Source of the DNA: Octopus vulgaris
Lineage: Eukaryota
DNA: 64,000 nucleotides
NCBI GenBank assembly: GCA_951406725.2
Contig: OX597816.1
Location: forward strand, 155,000,001 to 155,064,000
Direction: 5' to 3'
The notes below the pieces were generated by a model. That model worked only from the letters and a program-made list of their open reading frames with translations. It ran no database searches and was not told the DNA's origin. A program made the translations under genes and the position numbers. Shown piece after piece: positions 13,267 to 28,894 of the stretch. Numbering within the stretch: the stretch's first letter is position 1; each line of letters starts with the position of its first letter.

Positions 13267-14279
13267 ACATATTTAGTGAGATAAACACGTCATGGAATTA
13301 AGATTATATTTAACAAGATATTCGTATACATAACAATTGGCTTATTTTTCACTAGGTTTACAGAATACCTCTTATAGTCTTGCTTAACTTTATAGTGTAG
13401 AAGAACAAAAATATTTATTACATACTTATGGATCAATCTGAAAGTCATTACAATTTATTGCATTATATTGATTTTTCTCAGAAAAGCAGATTTGGCAATA
13501 TCATGAGGTTTCGTATCTTCATTTATTTTCCTGCTGGTTTCTCTCTATTGTTTTGTTTGCTTCTTAACTCCTAATAGCTTCTATCCTATCCCCAAATACT
13601 TTGTTCTTCTATTTTGTGTGCATGTCTCTCTGCTACCCCCATTTTCCTTCACGTAGTCTCTCCCTTTATCTCCTCTCTCGATCAATCTTACCGTCTCTTC
13701 TTCATGTCTCCATCAACTATCAACGTTCTGTAATTCATTCGTCCTCTGCGACGGCTTTTCGATATGTCGCAATCCAACATATCGAAAAGGAGTCGCAGAG
13801 GGTGAATGAATTACAGAATTACGTAGGTAGTTGATGGAAATGTGAAGAACGAGACAGTGAGATTGTTCTAGAGAGAATGAGATAAAGAGGCTCAGCGAAA
13901 TAAAATATGAGTGGCAGAGACACACAGACAAAATGAAAGAACAAAATATTTCTGGTGTGGAATAGAAACTATCAGGAGTTAAGAAACAAAAAAAAAAAAA
14001 AAAAAAAACGAGAGAAACCAGCAAATAGATGAAGTGAAACCTCATAATATGGCCAGATCAGTTACTGTTACATGAAGAGAAAAATCAATATAATGCAATA
14101 GATTTTATTGACATTTACCGATCAGATGAATTCATAAATACGAAATAAATATTTTTGTTCTACATTATTAAGTTAAACATGATACGTAGACCTTGCGAAA
14201 AATAAATCAACACTTGCTTTGTATACAAATATCCTGTAACTTACAAATTCCATGACATATATGTATCTTACAAATATGT
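13267..14279. repeat. Old ~1-kb imperfect palindrome (fold-back), ~500-bp arms, 9-nt loop at 13768-13776
   Basis: TTTTCGATATGT/ACATATCGAAAA at the centre; matching blocks (e.g. ATTGCATTATATTGATTTTTCTC, GAACAAAAATATTTATT, GTCATGGAATT) continue out to both ends. Confidence 0.85.
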
Positions 14280-15369
14280 TCTGCTTATTAGACAGAAAAC
14301 GATGTGTTGTGGCCTCGAAGCTGTAGATACACTAAGAATTTGTGAGATTACATAATTACATTTTCCACAAGGTACAAGTCCTTGCAGTTTTAATGAAGAG
14401 AGAATAAGTTGATTAAATTTATTCGTGGTCCTTCCATTTGTTCAAAGCAGCTAGCAAATCACCGTCAAATTATAAGATTGGGTGCATATTAGTTAATGTT
14501 GTTTTTAGGTTCATTTTTCATGAAAAATGAAGATGGACTGGTCAGGAGGTGAACACCTCAGTCATAGGTCTGTTTCATTAGCGCTTACCCAACAATAACA
14601 ACAGTAACAGCAACGACTGGTAGTGAATCTATCGGCCCAAATGGGCTGAAAATCTGAAGTTTTACATAACACGTAAAAGTGTCCAACGAAGCAAATCAAA
14701 AGTTTTAACCGGGTGTATTGCTCTTTCTGTTTCTAAATATTTTGTAACAAAGGTATCTATCTGTAAGGAAACATATTAGCACATCGAATACATCCCAGTC
14801 CATAAACAGAGACTGACATCATGCACCACTCAGAGAGACTGAAATGCTAAATCTGCAGGAATCGAACTGGTAATCTTTTAAGACAAACATTAAACATCAG
14901 TTATTGCTGTGTTTAGCCCCAGATTGTCTATGATCATAGAGCTCAGTGAGAAGCAAGTGTACAAGTATGAATGTCATAGTTTTCTTATAAAACAGGATGC
15001 GGTGTGAGGGAGGTTTGTATGGTATATTGTGTAGGTCACCAGAGCAAATAGAAGCAGATTTGTTGATTCGGAACATTATCAGTAATTTTGTTGCCAAAAC
15101 TAACGTTTCAGACATCGCGAAAAGTGACGAAAGTTAAAAACCTACAAATAACAACGGCAACGATAGCAACAATAATAATAAGCTTTCTACTACAGACACA
15201 ACTGAAATCTTATGTAGTAGGTGATACGCGATTACCCTAGTTCTCGATGGTCGTTATTTCATCGACCCCAAAGGTAATGTTGAACTCAGTGGCATTTGAA
15301 CTCAGAACGCAAAGCCAGAAAAAATATTGTGAAACATTTTTCCTATGAGGTATCAATATTCTTTTCTGG

Positions 15370-15573
15370 TCTAGGCACAAGGCCCGAAATTTTGGGGAGG
15401 GGCCAGTCGATTAGATCCACCCCGGTACGCAACTGGTGCTTAATTTATCGACTCCGAAAGGATGAAAGGCAAAGTCGACCTCGGGGGAATTTGAACACAG
15501 AACGTAAAGACAGACGAAACGTCGCTAAGCATTTCGCCCGGCGTGCTAACGTTTCTGCCAGCTCACCGCCTTA
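15370..15573 (-). mobile_element. SINE family B (tRNA-like head + Meta/MESC-like domain), tail type 1
   Basis: Reverse complement of GGCGGTGAGCTGGCAGAAACGTTAGCACGCCGGGCG...GTTCAAATTCC...GAGGTCGACTTTGCCTTTCATCCTTTCGG.GTCGATAAATTAAG...GGCCTTGTGCCTA. A more decayed copy lies immediately upstream (~15185-15345). Confidence 0.85.
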
Positions 15574-16182
15574 TGTGGTAACAACAATATTGTCAACCCG
15601 CCGCCTTAAAAACAACAATAATAATATGAACAAGTATCATTATAGTTATTGATTGATTTTATTTTGAATTGGAATTGAAATCTATTTTTCTATGCTTTGA
15701 AAGTATCATTAAGCTTTTATTTTCTCTTGCAGTTGTCATACAAAGTGCACTAGGAATTGGTATGTATACACTTCAAGTTGTGAGAAATATGTTTCATTTT
15801 CAATTGTCACTTTTAATGTTGCCGTTATTCACAATTGACTGTGTGTCTGTTGACATTTGCTTTCAGGACTTCATATTAAACTTTTGTCTCCCTCAATATG
15901 TGTGTTTGTGTCTACGCATGCTCACGCACACATACACACAAAGGTACGCACACACTTACACACAACACAAACGTATATGTATATACGTACACATACATAC
16001 ATCACACGTACGGGAAAACCTACTTTTTTCTATCGCGGGGTTATATGTCCCATTATTAAACTATTTTCTTTAGTCATTGCGCGGTGATGGCTTTGAAGCT
16101 TTAAGCTTATAAAATAATATTATTATTATTTACAGAATTGTAAAAATTCACGCTACTTAACAGAAAACAAAAACCATATATA

Positions 16183-17850
<1,668 letters not shown>

Positions 17851-18118
17851 ATATGTGTATGGAGTTTCATTAGGCTGACACAGTGATTTAAAAGACGTGT
17901 GTAAAATATGATAGATTCTTATAGCATAGTTTTCTTTTACTAAATGTGTTTTTGTTACACACACACAACACCTCCCACACGCACGAACGCACATAGAATC
18001 GCTTGATGAGGCGTAGGGTTAAAGATTTAAATAGCAAATTTTGTTGCTGTTTCTTATATATCATCAATGGACCACCGCATCATCATTCCATAAAACGTTC
18101 ATGGGGATAAAAATATTG

Positions 18119-18349
18119 ATTTCTTTATTGCCCACAGGGGGCTAAACATAGAGGGGACAAACAAGGACAGACAAAGGGATTAAGTCGATTACTTCGACCC
18201 CAGTGCTTAACTGGTACTTATTTAATTGACCTCGAAAGGATAAAAGGCAAAGTCGACCTCGGCAGAATTTGAACTCAGAACGTAACGGTAGACGAAATAC
18301 CGCTAAGCATTTCGCCCAGTGTGCTAACGATTCTACGAGCTCGCCGCCC
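18119..18349 (-). mobile_element. Full-length SINE family B, tail type 2, with 16-bp TSD
   Basis: TGGGGATAAAAATATT (18102-18117) and TGGGGATAAAACTATT (18350-18365) flank the element. Confidence 0.9.
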
Positions 18350-18767
18350 TGGGGATAAAACTATTAAAAGCATCATTACATGTCAGAATCACAAAGAAAC
18401 GAGGGAAGTATCAGGTGGACATGGGATGTGCAAGAAAAAGGAGTCTAAATTTTAGGATTTATGTGTGTGTGTGTTGGGTGGGGGATACATAGTAAGAAGA
18501 GTTTTAAAATTCACAATTTGTTTTTAAATTACCTTTCGTTTTCTGTTTGAAGATAAAGGAAGATCACCGATTTCCAAACTTTCTTAACCTTCAAAGCTTC
18601 TCCCGTCGTTTTAAGTGCTGCAAGAAAAAGTTGGCCAGAATCGGATTTGAGTGGAGGAGGGGTGTTTGAAAAATTTCATAGGTTTTCATGTTTTTTTTTT
18701 GTTTTACCGAGAAGGTGTCTCCCACTGTTTATAAGTGCGTAGTGCAATGATAATAATAATAATCATC

Positions 18768-18800
<33 letters not shown>

Positions 18801-18801
<1 letters not shown>

Positions 18802-19398
18802 CAATGCCCTGATGCAGTACCTTATGCCCTGATGCAGTACCAATGCCCTGATGCAGTACCAGGCAGTGGCTCTCATAGCTTCTGATCTTAACTGATTGGA
18901 AGTGTTATCATGTACATTGTTTTGTCTTGGTATAAAAGATGGGCTACAGCAAATATTCTGCTCAATACCACACATTTGCTTGTCAATTGTTTGACCTTAA
19001 CCAGTTGACCATGTCCCTTAGTGGCTGACGATATGTGCATCTCTGATCACGAGCAGAAGTAGTGGGGGAGCATCATAGCCATGTGTTGAGAGGGATTCTT
19101 TGGGGTTTGAATAATTCACCTCTGGAAACATGGGTGGTTCTTTCAACATCCTTAAACAACCCTTATTCAGGGACCTTTTGAGCGGGATGGGCTACTCAAC
19201 CTGAAGAAAATTCTAATTGGGACCCACCTGCAAGGTCATGTGCTGTTTATCTTGATATGAGATCACCATGTCGCGCACATATGGTTGTGATGCATGTGCC
19301 TAGTGTACCCTTATCAGACGGGTAGTCATGATGGGTATATTGGGCTTCGTATATTTTACCCCAGTGTCAGTTTGATGGCATGCACTGCTCTCTCACTC
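18801..19398. mobile_element. Unclassified ~600-bp interspersed repeat embedded in (TAA)n, with triplicated 19-20-bp terminal unit
   Basis: GC-richer block with (TAA)n on both sides; (ATGCCCTGATGCAGTACC) x3 at 18801-18860; no convincing ORF. Confidence 0.6.
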
Positions 19399-19449
<51 letters not shown>

Positions 19450-20744
19450 CGGAAAAAATTGGTCTGGAAAGGTGCAGGGAATTCACAAATTTTCAAAAAG
19501 CTTCCCTCGTTATTTGCAAGGGTGTGGTGAAAAACAAATGTGAAAATCCCCATCAAAACATCCTTGATTTTTCACCTTGTCATTACTAAAATTATTGTAA
19601 GGACTATTTAATTGATTTAGTTGTCTCTGTATATTTTAGTTTTGTATTGTCTATTTAAACATTATTAACCATATTTTTGATCGATATTACAATCAGCGTC
19701 AGTTGGTTCACATTAGATATACCAGGAATAGAATACAGTAAAGCAGCAAACCATTTCACTTCGCAGATAATAGTATCTAGTTCGTATAAATTTCTTTACA
19801 TATTTGTTTAGATAGATATACTTTAAAACCTAAACACGGCATGCACTTTTAGCAGTCTTAAGTAATTTCATTTTTGAGCAGACTCAGTAGTTTCATCACT
19901 ATCACCGAATTAAAGTCCTATTCCTAAAATGTCTACAACTTCAATTATTCATCACAGAAGTGCTTTTTAATACAGTTCTATGTCTCTTTATACATTGGGA
20001 GTTGACACGTGTACGTATATTTTTTTGTGCATCAGTTGATGTTTATGTATGAAACTTTTTCACTATTTCCATCTAATAGATTGTTTGCCTTTTCCAGTTA
20101 TTCAACTTCCTCTAAACTATGATAAAAAGTAAAAGTCATCACCTTGCATGACAATCAGAATAGGTTGTATTTGCTTTCTCGATAGCATAATCTCTTGAGT
20201 GTTGCAGGTTTTGTAGACATACGAACATGTGTGGATATTAAACCATTAACACTGCCGAGGTTTCTTTTTATTATCACTGATCGAAGAGTCATTGTCATTG
20301 GATATCCAATGTCCACTTCTAGGACGATCTATATGATTTGACCATCCACATAAATTGATTCGAATATTTCAGTGGTTTTGTAGTTAATGTACTCTGGCAG
20401 TGGTGAGCGCCTTCTCAGCATAATATTTTATGGCTTCTATATTCTCAGTTTCGGCTTTCATACACACATCCCCTTCAATTTCATAATATTGTAGATGGTC
20501 TTGATTTCAGATATTAGTCCATCTATTCGTTTTTTCTCTCTCACTGTTCCCCCTCTACTGGTCAGTCCTACATGCATTAGGGAAAGATTGCGAGAAACAA
20601 ATTTAAAGCAAGTAGTTTACATAAATACACATCTTATGACCAGTGAAAAAACTGCCGAAATGAATTCCTTGCAGACCGATATATTCGACTATTTTTCATT
20701 ATAGATTCTTTATTAGCAAATAGAAAAAGATATATGAAAACCTA

Positions 20745-21617
20745 TACTTGCCCATCTATACTTACTGCGAGTATACTCTGCGATGACATCTCTCACGCCG
20801 GACTTCTTTCTGATGATGTTGCTATTTATGTGCTCTCTCAACGAGATACCAAGCATTGACCATTCCATGGCTCTTTGAGCCGTTATCAGTCTTTGTTCTT
20901 CTCTCTTTGTGGTAGCCCATGTTTCACTACCATATAACATTGCAGGCAGAACTGCACTATTAATGAGGTTGGCGCGGGTGGTCCTGTCCAACCTTCCCTT
21001 GAGCACATCCCTTATGCCATTGAACGCCTTCCATCCGGCCCTTACTCTCCGTGAGATCTCCTTTTTGATATCCCGGCACATATTTACTTCCTGTCCCAGG
21101 TAGACATAAGCTCTCACCTCCCCTATTTCATCACTGCCGATCACCATTCGACCTTTTGGTACGTTGTCTGACCGCATGAACTTTGTTTTCATGCGGTTCA
21201 TCTTGAGACCTACTGCAGAACTTTTGATGTCGAACTCCGTCAACATGGTCTGAAGCTGATCCATGTTTTCAGCGATGAGTACGATGTCATCAGCGAAACG
21301 GAGGTGAGTGAGGAGCTCGCCATTGATGTTGACACCACCTTGCCATTCAATGCCTCTGATGATCTGTTATAGATAGGCTGGACACGTCGCCCGGCTCACC
21401 GATAATCGGTGGACGCACGCAGCTGTCGAGTGGTACCCGCGTGAGCGGAAAAGACCACCCGGAAGACCTCCACGACGGTGGAGTGACGATTTCAAGAGGA
21501 CGATTGGGATCACGTGGATGAGAAAGGCGCGATCCAGAGAGGAGTGGACAGCGTGCTGTGACCAGCGGTGTCAAATGGACGCCTGACGGACTGGTCGGTC
21601 AAAGTGATCAAAGTGAT
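20745..21617. mobile_element. RTE-clade LINE 3' fragment with inverted 5' segment (minus 20745-21368, plus 21369-21617), 13-bp TSD
   Basis: Minus: INGELLTHLRFADDIVLIA...YVYLGQ...LPAMLYGSETW...KYRWA. Plus: R*AGHVARLTDNRW...RPPGRPPRRWSDD...DA*, then (TCAAAGTGA)2 tail. TSD ATATGAAAACCTA/ATATAAAAACCTA. Confidence 0.9.
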
Positions 21618-21759
21618 ATAAAAACCTAAAGAAATGTTTAACATTTATGCACAAAATATGCATAGTATGAAAACTAACAATATTTTACCTGGTCAAAAGT
21701 TTAAGACTATGACAAATAACATACGAAAACAATGAATAAATAGTTAACGAGGTGGGGTC

Positions 21760-22442
21760 AATAGTTAGTAGCTCCTAACTATTGCTGCGAATAACTTTAA
21801 AAACTCACTGTGGCATACTCAACACAAGCGTTTGCAGGAGGTTGTCTGGGATGCTACATCAGGAGTTGATGACTACCAGGCGAAGTACATCTACAGCTTC
21901 AAATTGCATTCCACTTTTGAAAACGTCTCTTGCCATCCATCCTCAATGATTTTCGATGGGGTTTAGGAGAACATGGCGGATGACCTAAAAGATGAACGTT
22001 CTTTTTTCCCGAAGAAATCCTTTGGACTGCGAGAATTATGGATTGTAGCATTATCCTGTTGATAAATCCACCCTTCTCTACACAAACGAGGGCCTTAATT
22101 GAAATGTGATGCTCGCTCCAACTTGCCAACACAGCCAGCTGCTGTTTGACGCCCCTGCACAACCTGAGGTTCCATAGTTCCTCTGTACGAGAAAGCACCC
22201 CACACCATGATAGAGTATCCACCACTGTGCTTCGTTGAAAAAGTCTCCGATGGAATATCTTTTGTATACTAATATCTTTGGAAACCATCAGGACAATCAA
22301 GGTTGAATTTCTTCTCATATGAGAATAAAACCTTCTTTCAGTTGTGTACGTCCCAGGTTTGGTGATTCTGAATAAATTCTAAACGAGTAATTTTGAGGCG
22401 TGGAAGAAGACGGGTCTCTGAAGACGTTTAAGATTTTTAAAG

Positions 22443-22478
<36 letters not shown>

Positions 22479-22776
22479 GTCGTCTTATCGTTCTTGAGTT
22501 GCACTCCACATCCGTAGGTGCCTTATCTGGTTTGATGATCGACGAGTGTCTTTCCTAACTTCTTGTCGAATCCTTCTAATCAATTCTAGTGAATTTTTCT
22601 TTGGCTGGTCTGTCGATTTTTTTCGATTCATATGTCTCAGGGTCTTTTAAGAAGTTCGCAATGGCGGTTTTACGGCGACCAATTTCACTGGAGATATCAT
22701 GTTGAGAGAGACCTTGCTTCTGGAGCTCTACAATTCTACCACGTTCAAAATTCGTCAATATTTTTGTTTTGTCCAT
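21760..22776 (-). pseudogene. Tc1 transposase pseudogene
   Basis: MDKTKILTNFERGRIVELQKQGLSQHDISSEIGRRKTAIANFLKDPETY (paired HTH), EKKFNLDCPDG, FYQQDNATIH, PPCSP..PIENH; frameshifts and a (TC)n expansion at 22445-22474. Confidence 0.85.
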
Positions 22777-23750
22777 TGTTGTTGTTCTGAAATAGACAGG
22801 GAGTTGCTGACATAGAGATAGCTTGACCATAAATACCAGAATTTTTATAGTTTATAACAGACTTAAACTTTTTATTTGTAATGGTCTTAAATTTTAGACC
22901 AGTCGAAATACTGATCGTTTTCGTACAATGCATATTTTCTGCATTAAATGTTAAACATCTCATAGATTTTCGTATATCATTTTCTATTTGCCAATTATGA
23001 ATCTATAATGAAAAATAGTTGAATATATCAGTCTGCAAGAAGTTCATTTCGGTAGTTTTTTCACTGGTTTTAAGAGTTTGTCTAGTAGTGTATATACGTG
23101 AACTACTGCAGAAAGCCAAGATAGTGCGATACAAAGTATGATTTGCAAAGACATCTCCTAAACCAGTAGTTTCAGAATGTAGTGTACGATAAAGATTGCA
23201 GGAAATATATTCCGGTTTGATTTTCAGCCAAATATCTGGAAGTGAAAATGATTGTAATATAACAAAACAAAAAAGCAATGGAAAGATTTAGATATTTGTT
23301 AGGACAAACGCATGTCAAGTCACTTCATTTCACAGCTAGTCTCTTATGAAACCAAAATAAGTATTATGTTTTGTTGTAACAAGAGGTTTTTAGATATAGT
23401 AATAAATGAGCATTTAAGAACATCTAACTTATCCGACGAAGGTGCAAAAAAGGAGTATGCGATGCTACACATACAACAGATTTTGTATTTGGTTCGCAAG
23501 ATTCTTTATATGACTTTTGTTGTGTGTAGGGAGAATCATTACGCCAATGGTTTTCATTATGGTGTTTGTAGCATATTTGGAGTTAACTATTTCGTTTATA
23601 AATTTATTGTAATGAATCTATTATGAATTTAATACAAAGTAATAGAAAAATAGATTGAAAAGTCTATTAATCACCACTCGAGAAAAATGAAGCACTCCGG
23701 CCTATTTACGTTTTGCTGTTAATTTTGTCATTGTAAATTGAATGAAAGCA

Positions 23751-23966
23751 CGAAGGGGTGCTGAAAAGTTCCTAGATTTAGGGTATAACGAAAGGCCTGG
23801 TTGGAGGTCCAACCTTCCGAGTTTTTTTACAGGGCCCAGAAAAACTGAAGGAACCCTGCAATGGGTGAGTGAATCGGAGGAGGGGAGACGTTAAATAAAA
23901 TCATAATTAACTGATCTTCCAGTATTTTCTTTTACTCAAAGCCAGGAAGTTTTCAGCTCGCCCTCG
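23751..23966 (+). mobile_element. Mariner-derived MITE (internal deletion derivative)
   Basis: TIRs CGAAGGGGTGCTGAAAAGTTCCT / AGGAAGTTTTCAGCTCGCCCTCG|TA; interior resembles a mariner transposase C-terminus. Confidence 0.75.
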
Positions 23967-25294
23967 TATATTAGATCTGGGAAGCATTCCAAGTATTCGT
24001 TGACTTTGAAGTACGCAGTAAAGGTCGTAGTTTTCTAGTAAGAGAACATGTGCACTGAATCAAAAGTTTAATTCATGGCCCTTGAAAATGCAGGGTCCAT
24101 GAAATGTTACACTTGCTAGTAGGTTAATTAGGTTTCCAGCGTAAGATAACTTGCTTCGGTATTTAGTTTCGTCTTTATATTCTTCGTTCATTTCCATCTG
24201 ATAAAATAAAAACCAGGCAAAAACTGTGGCCAATTTAATTCGTCTACCTACGCATCCGAAAAGAAAGAATAACATTGTGTATATTGTGTATATGCTTGAG
24301 ATCCATATATTAAACTAATTGGTTGGCTTTTTTCGTTATTGGTAATTTTACTACCGCTGCTATACATGACAATTTCCAGAACCAAGTGCCTAGTCTTAAG
24401 TGCTTTTACCACTTCACTTATAGATAAGCCGTGAAGGAAAGATAATACGTTTGCAGTATCCATATGTATATATGAATAGATATACATACATACATACATA
24501 CATACATACATACATACATACATACATGCATACATACATACATACATATATACAACTAGCAATTTTTATAATATAGGGTAACATCAGTAATAATTTTACC
24601 AGGGAGTCAGTACGGAAATAAAAACCTTTTAGGTAGATATTACAAATTATTTTATAATTATATACATAATTATAACAATGGGTCAGCTTTATCCTTTGCC
24701 ACGTACTGATTAGAAATAGACGCTAAAGTATTTTTACTACCATAAAATCTCCGAGAAATAACACACTTTTAATGTAAGCAAAAGAAAAATGATCAATCAA
24801 CAAGGCCGGTCAATTATGAAATCGTTTCGAACTTAGAGTAAAACAGGTTACTGTTTTTCATTAGCATAATATTCCACATAAATTCACGAGTATTTTAAAA
24901 ATATGCTCGTGATCAAACGACATCGAATGACAGATATATATCCACACTCGTAAAAATATGCTGCCGTGTACAATTCATACCCATCTTACTTCAGAAACCC
25001 TGCAGGATGACGAAGCACGTCTATACATATATAGACTCTTACATATACCACACGCACACAACATTTACTCACCCACTCACTCACTCGCAAAGAACAAAAA
25101 GAAAATGGAGATTAGTAAGTTAATTGTTTATTATTAGCAGCAAATTAATCATCATCCCTTACAGCTGTTTCAATTAATACTCAGTAAAAATTAAGTAAAC
25201 ATTAAATTCATATGACGTGAGCATATCTTCAGAGGGAAAAAATATTCCCTTGGATATTTTATATGTGTGTATGGATTCATTATAGCAGATTGAA

Positions 25295-25330
<36 letters not shown>

Positions 25331-25353
<23 letters not shown>

Positions 25354-25547
25354 CGGATTTTTGTCAGTGAACTGGTCGCGGATTTTAGCGAGGAAAATAT
25401 TTTGACAAATTAAACTTAAATGTTGAAGTGAATCGAACGGCTTTTGTGTGTTTCTTAAATGGCTTATAAACACCTTCCACGCTGCAATTGTTTTCGTTTC
25501 AGCACACGATCTCAGATCAAATTACTTGCTATGCGAGTACATCTCCG

Positions 25548-25549
<2 letters not shown>
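25331..25549. mobile_element. Short element with TTACGGA...TCCGTAA termini inserted in (TA)n
   Basis: 7-bp terminal inverted match and (TA)n on both sides. Confidence 0.45.
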
Positions 25550-25597
<48 letters not shown>

Positions 25598-26679
25598 GAT
25601 AGTATAATATATCTATATTTGTGTATATGTGGGTTATCTATATTTCGTGTATGTCTTTTTGTGTGAGTGTGTGGTTATATATATAACCACACACAGAAAA
25701 TCGAGGCAGTGTATCAAAGAAAGCCTATTCAAATCAGCCAACTGTTATTCCAAGTGCTCATTGTAATACAGAAAAATAATTTATCTGCATCTGGGATGTA
25801 AAGGGTAAATTAACATTTTATATAGCATACATCATTCTCTTGCAATATTAACTGTAGGAAGAAAGAGTCAAATTTTTGTACGATTCTGCGTTTGTTATAT
25901 TATTAAATATAGGTCTACTGAAGTGCTTGTGTAGTTTCTTAGTAGCAATCATTTTCTCCTAAGTCAAGTTAACATCGTTTGAAGTATGTGGATAGTCTTC
26001 GGTCAATATTTTTGGCGAATGCAAATAACTTCCTTTAAAAGAACGGATTTGACTAAGTATTGATGTTTTCAAGATGTTTTTCAAGCGACTTTCATTCAAT
26101 TTGCTAAAAATAACTTTAAAAAAAAACCGTTATACGATTTACATAATCTTTTTAGTTGCCAAAGCAAATGATCGTTTGACTTGGCTGCAAGGATTCCTAT
26201 TATAAAATTTTAATTCTTACTAGTCAGATTCTGAAATGACAATTACTGCTGTTATATTTTCGCCCGAGTAAACTGAATACCTAATGATCAGGTTCATTTC
26301 AAGTAATCGTGGGAATACTCATAAATGTTTTTTCTACTAAGATGCTTCCAAATTAGTTGCAAGATTATTTCCATAGTTCCTGCAAGAATTATGTTTATCT
26401 GGTATTATATAGGTTGATAGGAATTGCCAGGATTTGCCCAGAAAGCAAGTTTCCGCTTACTTTATTTTTTTTTAACTGTTATAATAGGATAGATCTCCAC
26501 GTTTGATGAGTAGCAATTCAATAAAATTGCTAATGCACGTGAGATACTTCGGTTTATCTAATTTCTAATCCTGAACAAACATTGTATTTAACAGGAGATA
26601 AAAATTACTTAAATATGAGGAGTTTCTGAACGAGATAGTTTTTAGTTATATGCGTACACTAATACACAAGATTCGCACG

Positions 26680-26741
<62 letters not shown>

Positions 26742-27652
26742 TTCTCTCTCTCTCTCTCTCTCTCTCTCTTCCTCCCTCCCTCCCTCCCTCACCCACTCAC
26801 TCAAAATGAACACATATTTCGTATGGAAAGAAGAATGTACTTGTTAAATACTAATTAACTACAAAATCAAAATACTAAACCGTATCATGTTTTCTGACAA
26901 AAAGTGTATAAATTACCAACAGAAGCATTGTGATAGTCAGAGCTGTTTTAGATATGATATCTCTTGCTCTACTGTAGTGAGTTAGAAGGTTATACACACA
27001 TACAAACAGGCACACACAGAGGCACGCAGGCACACACACTCTCTCCCTTCCTCTCTCTCTCGCTCTCACACACACGTGCATACGCATAAGCCATATATGT
27101 TTGGGCAGTGACGCTTTAGTTACTAACCTTTTAGATGCTCCACTGGGTGCTTGCAAAATACATGTGACCTAAGTATGAAGACGCGTTAGACATTAAGTAT
27201 TACAAACTACTTCAGCACGAACAGAGATCTGTTAGAATATGTGCGAAATATATGGAAGTAGAGAGAGACATAAATTTCATCTTGATAGATTTTAAGCTTT
27301 TAAGCCTTTAAAGCTTCAGCCAGCATCTTTTGATCTGACAGAAAAAAAGTGTACATTACACATGATTAGAAGAAGTAAAGAGATTCTTCAGAAAACTTCT
27401 AAATAAAGAAATAGGTAGAATGCAAAACCACACGATACACATAAACATGAAGGATATACATACATACATGCATAAGTACTTATATGAATATATATATACG
27501 TATATATATATATATGCGCACATACATATATACATTCATATAATACACACATAGACGCACAAAGAAACTCGAGTTTCTTTACAACTTTGAGAAATCATTT
27601 CTCTTTACATCTGTTGAGCAATCCTTTCTCATTCATTCCACAAAAAACTGCT

Positions 27653-28746
<1,094 letters not shown>

Positions 28747-28860
28747 CTGTATTTCTCACTCAATCCACTTCCCTCTCTCTTACTTTTCTATCTCTCTCTC
28801 TCTCTGTATTTGTGTGTGTGTGTGTGTGTGTGTTTGTGTGTTTGTGTTTGTTTGTGTGTG

Positions 28861-28894
<34 letters not shown>

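Larger units (their letters stand above)
20620..23090 (-). mobile_element. Tc1-family DNA transposon with long (~230-bp) IR/DR-type TIRs; left TIR interrupted by an RTE fragment
   Basis: 20638-20745 plus 21616-21720 is the inverted counterpart of ~22870-23070; right end ...TAGTAGTG|TA. Confidence 0.85.

Noticed and set aside
18801-18860. Short direct repeats resembling a CRISPR array
   Set aside because: The units are contiguous with no spacers, there are no cas genes, and the context is eukaryotic.
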